Shown piece after piece: positions 60,729 through 64,000 of a DNA stretch of 64,000 nt. The stretch spans positions 128,001-192,000 of the forward strand of contig CAWDLW010000023.1 of the NCBI GenBank assembly GCA_963803145.1, in the 5' to 3' direction. This stretch comes from Methanotrichaceae archaeon. Lineage in GTDB: Archaea > Halobacteriota > Methanosarcinia > Methanotrichales > Methanotrichaceae. Position numbers and translations under genes: made by a program. The notes under the pieces are model-generated. The model had not been told where the DNA came from, did not search any database, and saw only the letters and a program-made list of their open reading frames with translations. Every line of letters begins with the position of its first letter. The stretch's first letter is position 1.

Positions 60729-63716
60729 ATGGCTAAATCTAACGAAGAGCTTGTAGCTGAGAACGAAGAGCTGCGTAGAAATTTAGATGAATCTCAAGAG
60801 CTTCTGCGAGCCATAACAGGTGGTGAGGTAGATGCTCTGGTCGTCTCTGGATCGCAAGGTGAGCAGGTTTTCACTCTCGAAGGGGCAGATCGCGCCTACC
60901 GTATTCTCATTGAGGCCATGAACGATGGCGCAGTCACCATGACCTCAGACGGAACTATTCTCTACTGCAACCGCCATTTTGCAGATATGACGAAGTCGCC
61001 TCTGGAAAAAGTGATAGGCTCATCCATCTACCGTTTCATCCCACAGTCTGATCAGGCATCATTCAGAGTTCTTCAGCAGGGCCTCGGCAGGGGTGAACTG
61101 ACTCTTCAAGCTGAAGATGAAAGCATAATGCCTGTTTATATCTCCATTAATTCCATCCAGCTTTCAGAATCCCAGGAAGCTTTTTGCGTTGTTTTCACCG
61201 ACCTGACAGAGCAGAAGCGAAAAGAAGAGATTGTTGCTGCAGAGAAGCTGGCTCGTTCCATCATCGAGCAGACGGCTGAGGCAGTCATAGTCTGCGATGA
61301 GAGAGGAAAGGTCATCCGTTTCAGCAATGCTGTACTCAGGATCTTGGGCTGTGATCCATCGCTCCAGAGTTTTGAGGACTTATTCGACCTGCGGATCCCG
61401 GTCGGCAAGAAGCTATATCCTATCTCGTCGGCTCTGGGAGGTGATGTTCTACTGCAGGTCGAGGCAAGTCTTAAGCGAAGTGACGGCATGCTGTTTCACT
61501 TGCTCCTGAACGCCGGACCTCTGAAGAGTACGAATGGCAGGATCATAGGCTGCGTGATCACCCTTACGGACATCACCGAGCGTAAGCGGATGGAGGATGC
61601 CCTACAGGATAAGCAGGAAGAACTCGAAGTACAGGCCGAGGAACTTGTTGCCCAGAACGAAGAGCTGCGCGTCAATAACGACGACCTCTCAGAGACGACC
61701 AGAATGCTGCAAGAGAGCGAAGCGCGCTTTCGAGCAACCTTTGAGCAGGCAGCAGTCGGCATTGAAATGCTGAATCTTGATGGCCAATTCTTGCGAGGCA
61801 ATGGAAGGCTGGGTGAACTACTGGGCTATAGCCAAAAGGAGCTACAGTGTCTCAACTTCGCCGATATCACCTACCCTGATGATCTTGTCCGAGAGCTGCC
61901 GTTGCTGGAAGACCTACTGGCCAGGCGAATCGGTCACTATACTATTGAGAAGCGTTACCTGCGCAAGGATGGCCAGGGCGTATGGGTGCGCGTTACATCA
62001 TCGCTTGCTAATGTTAAAGAGCCATATCGGATCTCGGTTATCGAAGATATCACAGAGCGCAAGCAAGCCGAGGAGGCGCTAGAGAGGCTACTGAAAGAAG
62101 TCGAGGCACAGCGTGCCAGGTTGCAGGCGATCCTCGACGCCCTGCCTGTTGGTGTAACGATCGCCGATGCTACAGGCAGCATCCTTGTGAACAACGATGC
62201 ATTACGCAAGATTTGGGGCGGTAAGGCGCCGTTATCTAAGTGTGTTGAGGAATATGCGGAATATAAGGGCTGGTGGGCAGATACTGGAAGGCCTATCAAA
62301 CCTGAGGATTGGGGGCTGGCACGTGCCATTAAAAATAGCGAGACAAGCGTGGGCGAGGTCATAGATATACAGCGTTTCGATGGCACACGCGGCACAATAC
62401 TCAGCTCGGCTGCCCCCGTCAAAGACGCCAGCGGGACCATCATCGGCGCCGTAGTCATCCAGCAGGACATCACAGAGCGCAAGCAGATGGAAGAGGAGCT
62501 GCAAAAAGCCCGTGATGAGCTGGAACAGAGGGTCACTGAGAGGACTGCAGATCTGACAAAAGCCAAGGAAGCCGCCGAGGCTGCAGTCGAGGCCAAAGCT
62601 GCGTTCCTTGCGAATATGAGCCATGAGCTTAGGACACCCCTGAATGCAGTGATTGGTTTCTCCAGCCTTCTCCTTGCTGATAATCTCACACCGGATCAGA
62701 AGGAGGACATTGAGAGAATCAGGAAGGGTGGTGAAGCTCTCCTATCAATCATAAGCGATATCCTTGAATTTTCGAGAGCTGAAAAGGAGAAAGTAACACT
62801 AGAGCTTCAGCCTCTCAGCCTCAAGCGCTGCATCGAAGAATCTCTTGATATGGTTGCAGTGCAGGCCATCGATAAGGGCCTGAACCTGGCTTATACCGTC
62901 GCTTACGGCACACCGGATACAATCATTGGTGATCCTGGAATGCTTCGTCAGATTTTGGCTAATTTGCTTTCCAACGCTGTCAAGTTTACCGATAAGGGGG
63001 ATATATCAATATCCATTTCCTCCAAAATCATCGAGGGTAATGAGCGCCAGATAACTTTTGTAGTCAAGGATACGGGCATCGGCATGCCCCATGATAAGAT
63101 GGACAGGCTCTTCAAGCCCTTTACACAGCTTGAGTACACCCTAAGCCGTAAACGTGATGGCGCAGGACTCGGACTCGCCATATCCAAGAAGCTCGTAGAA
63201 CTTATGGGTGGAGAGATCTGGGCCAAAAGTGAGGAAGGCAGAGGTTCGACCTTCTGGTTCACTATTCCCGTAGAGACTCTCCCAGGAAAGCAATTGGACT
63301 TAGAGGAGAAGGATATAGCTGAGTATGAGAACCTCTCGAGCCAAAAGCCTCTGGCAATTCTTGTAGCCGAAGATAACCCTTCAAACCAGAAGGTACTCGT
63401 CGAGATGCTGAAACGCCTAGGCTATAGGCCCGATGCCGTGGCAGATGGCGTTGAGGTTCTGCAGGCCCTCCAAATCCGGTCATACGACCTGATCTTCATG
63501 GATATCAAGATGCCTGAGATGGATGGCCTTACCGCTGCCAGGGAGATACGAAAGCTCTGGCCTGAAAATGGTCCGAAGGTAGTGGCCATCACAGCTTTCG
63601 CAATGGATGGCGATCAAGAGAAGTGTCTTGAAGCAGGAATGGATGGATATATCGCAAAGCCTGTGAAAGTGGATGATCTCGCAACGCTACTACGCAATAT
63701 TAACCACACAGAATAA
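60729..63716 (+). CDS. Cytoplasmic multi-PAS hybrid histidine kinase/response regulator
   Basis: 4 PAS/PAC (DITERK), H-box MSHELRTPLN, N-box NLLSNAVKFT, DTGIG, GAGLGL, REC (AEDN, FMDIKMP, AKP); no TM. Confidence 0.95.
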   Translation: MAKSNEELVAENEELRRNLDESQELLRAITGGEVDALVVSGSQGEQVFTLEGADRAYRILIEAMNDGAVTMTSDGTILYCNRHFADMTKSPLEKVIGSSIYRFIPQSDQASFRVLQQGLGRGELTLQAEDESIMPVYISINSIQLSESQEAFCVVFTDLTEQKRKEEIVAAEKLARSIIEQTAEAVIVCDERGKVIRFSNAVLRILGCDPSLQSFEDLFDLRIPVGKKLYPISSALGGDVLLQVEASLKRSDGMLFHLLLNAGPLKSTNGRIIGCVITLTDITERKRMEDALQDKQEELEVQAEELVAQNEELRVNNDDLSETTRMLQESEARFRATFEQAAVGIEMLNLDGQFLRGNGRLGELLGYSQKELQCLNFADITYPDDLVRELPLLEDLLARRIGHYTIEKRYLRKDGQGVWVRVTSSLANVKEPYRISVIEDITERKQAEEALERLLKEVEAQRARLQAILDALPVGVTIADATGSILVNNDALRKIWGGKAPLSKCVEEYAEYKGWWADTGRPIKPEDWGLARAIKNSETSVGEVIDIQRFDGTRGTILSSAAPVKDASGTIIGAVVIQQDITERKQMEEELQKARDELEQRVTERTADLTKAKEAAEAAVEAKAAFLANMSHELRTPLNAVIGFSSLLLADNLTPDQKEDIERIRKGGEALLSIISDILEFSRAEKEKVTLELQPLSLKRCIEESLDMVAVQAIDKGLNLAYTVAYGTPDTIIGDPGMLRQILANLLSNAVKFTDKGDISISISSKIIEGNERQITFVVKDTGIGMPHDKMDRLFKPFTQLEYTLSRKRDGAGLGLAISKKLVELMGGEIWAKSEEGRGSTFWFTIPVETLPGKQLDLEEKDIAEYENLSSQKPLAILVAEDNPSNQKVLVEMLKRLGYRPDAVADGVEVLQALQIRSYDLIFMDIKMPEMDGLTAAREIRKLWPENGPKVVAITAFAMDGDQEKCLEAGMDGYIAKPVKVDDLATLLRNINHTE

Positions 63717-63770
63717 AATTTATAAGATAAAATTAGCATCATCCTTTTGGATGCTCCTTGAATCCTATAT

Positions 63771-63884
63771 GCTGAGAAAGCCAAGAAGCATTCAAGCGAT
63801 GCATTCTATGCGCTCGATGATCCTCTAGAGGAGGCTGTGTTTTCGGTGCTGGTGGAGATTACAAAGCTAGTACTAGCTGAATAA
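63771..63884 (+). pseudogene. 5'-truncated second copy of the small protein at 22636..22942
   Basis: AEKAKKHSSDAFYALDDPLEEAVFSVLVEI; DNA shares GTGTTTTCGGTGCTGGTGGAGAT with the minus strand near 22742-22764. Confidence 0.7.
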
Positions 63885-64000
63885 ACTTAGCTGAAGGGTA
63901 ACTTATAGATAATAAAACATAATAAATCTTCCAGTTAGTGCCGGTGTAGAAATGGCGATTGATAACCTCTCTCAAAAGATCTCTGAGCTTTCACAGCGAT

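Noticed and set aside
59537-62689. Antisense ORFs over kaiB and the kinase (152, 226, 244 aa)
   Set aside because: Shadow frames of well-supported genes.
22720-63884. Invertible 41-kb segment bounded by the two inverted gene fragments
   Set aside because: The copies are short and diverged paralog remnants, and the enclosed region includes core genes.

Overview
Archaeal chromosomal window, most likely a Methanosarcinia methanogen of the Methanothrix type. This is inferred from artA-psd-pssA-mptD, FmdE, HVO_0476-pcm, CDC48, GGTGA/GGAGG RBSs and TATA promoters. Left to right: (1) the right end of a probable tailed provirus (two paralogous baseplate-hub-like genes, a Dit-like gene, a regulator-integrase-small ORF operon) abutting a truncated ArsR-like gene that probably marks the junction; (2) a Ni/Co handling neighbourhood (FmdE, CMD, CbiK, CbiM/N without Q/O) with a NikR-like operator and a three-repeat switchable leader; (3) CDC48, then a decaying stress/accessory stretch with many pseudogenes and IS200/IS605-like hairpin elements; (4) four adjacent secreted peptidases (M23, S10, S9, C45); (5) core genes (mptD, pssA, psd, artA, S8 protease, pcm, gpmI, M20, mobB); (6) a kaiC-kaiB-kaiB-kaiB-PAS hybrid histidine kinase operon with no kaiA in the window, the strongest candidate for an uncharacterised system. 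No CRISPR array, rRNA or tRNA was recognised. All family calls come from motif recognition by eye, not database searches.
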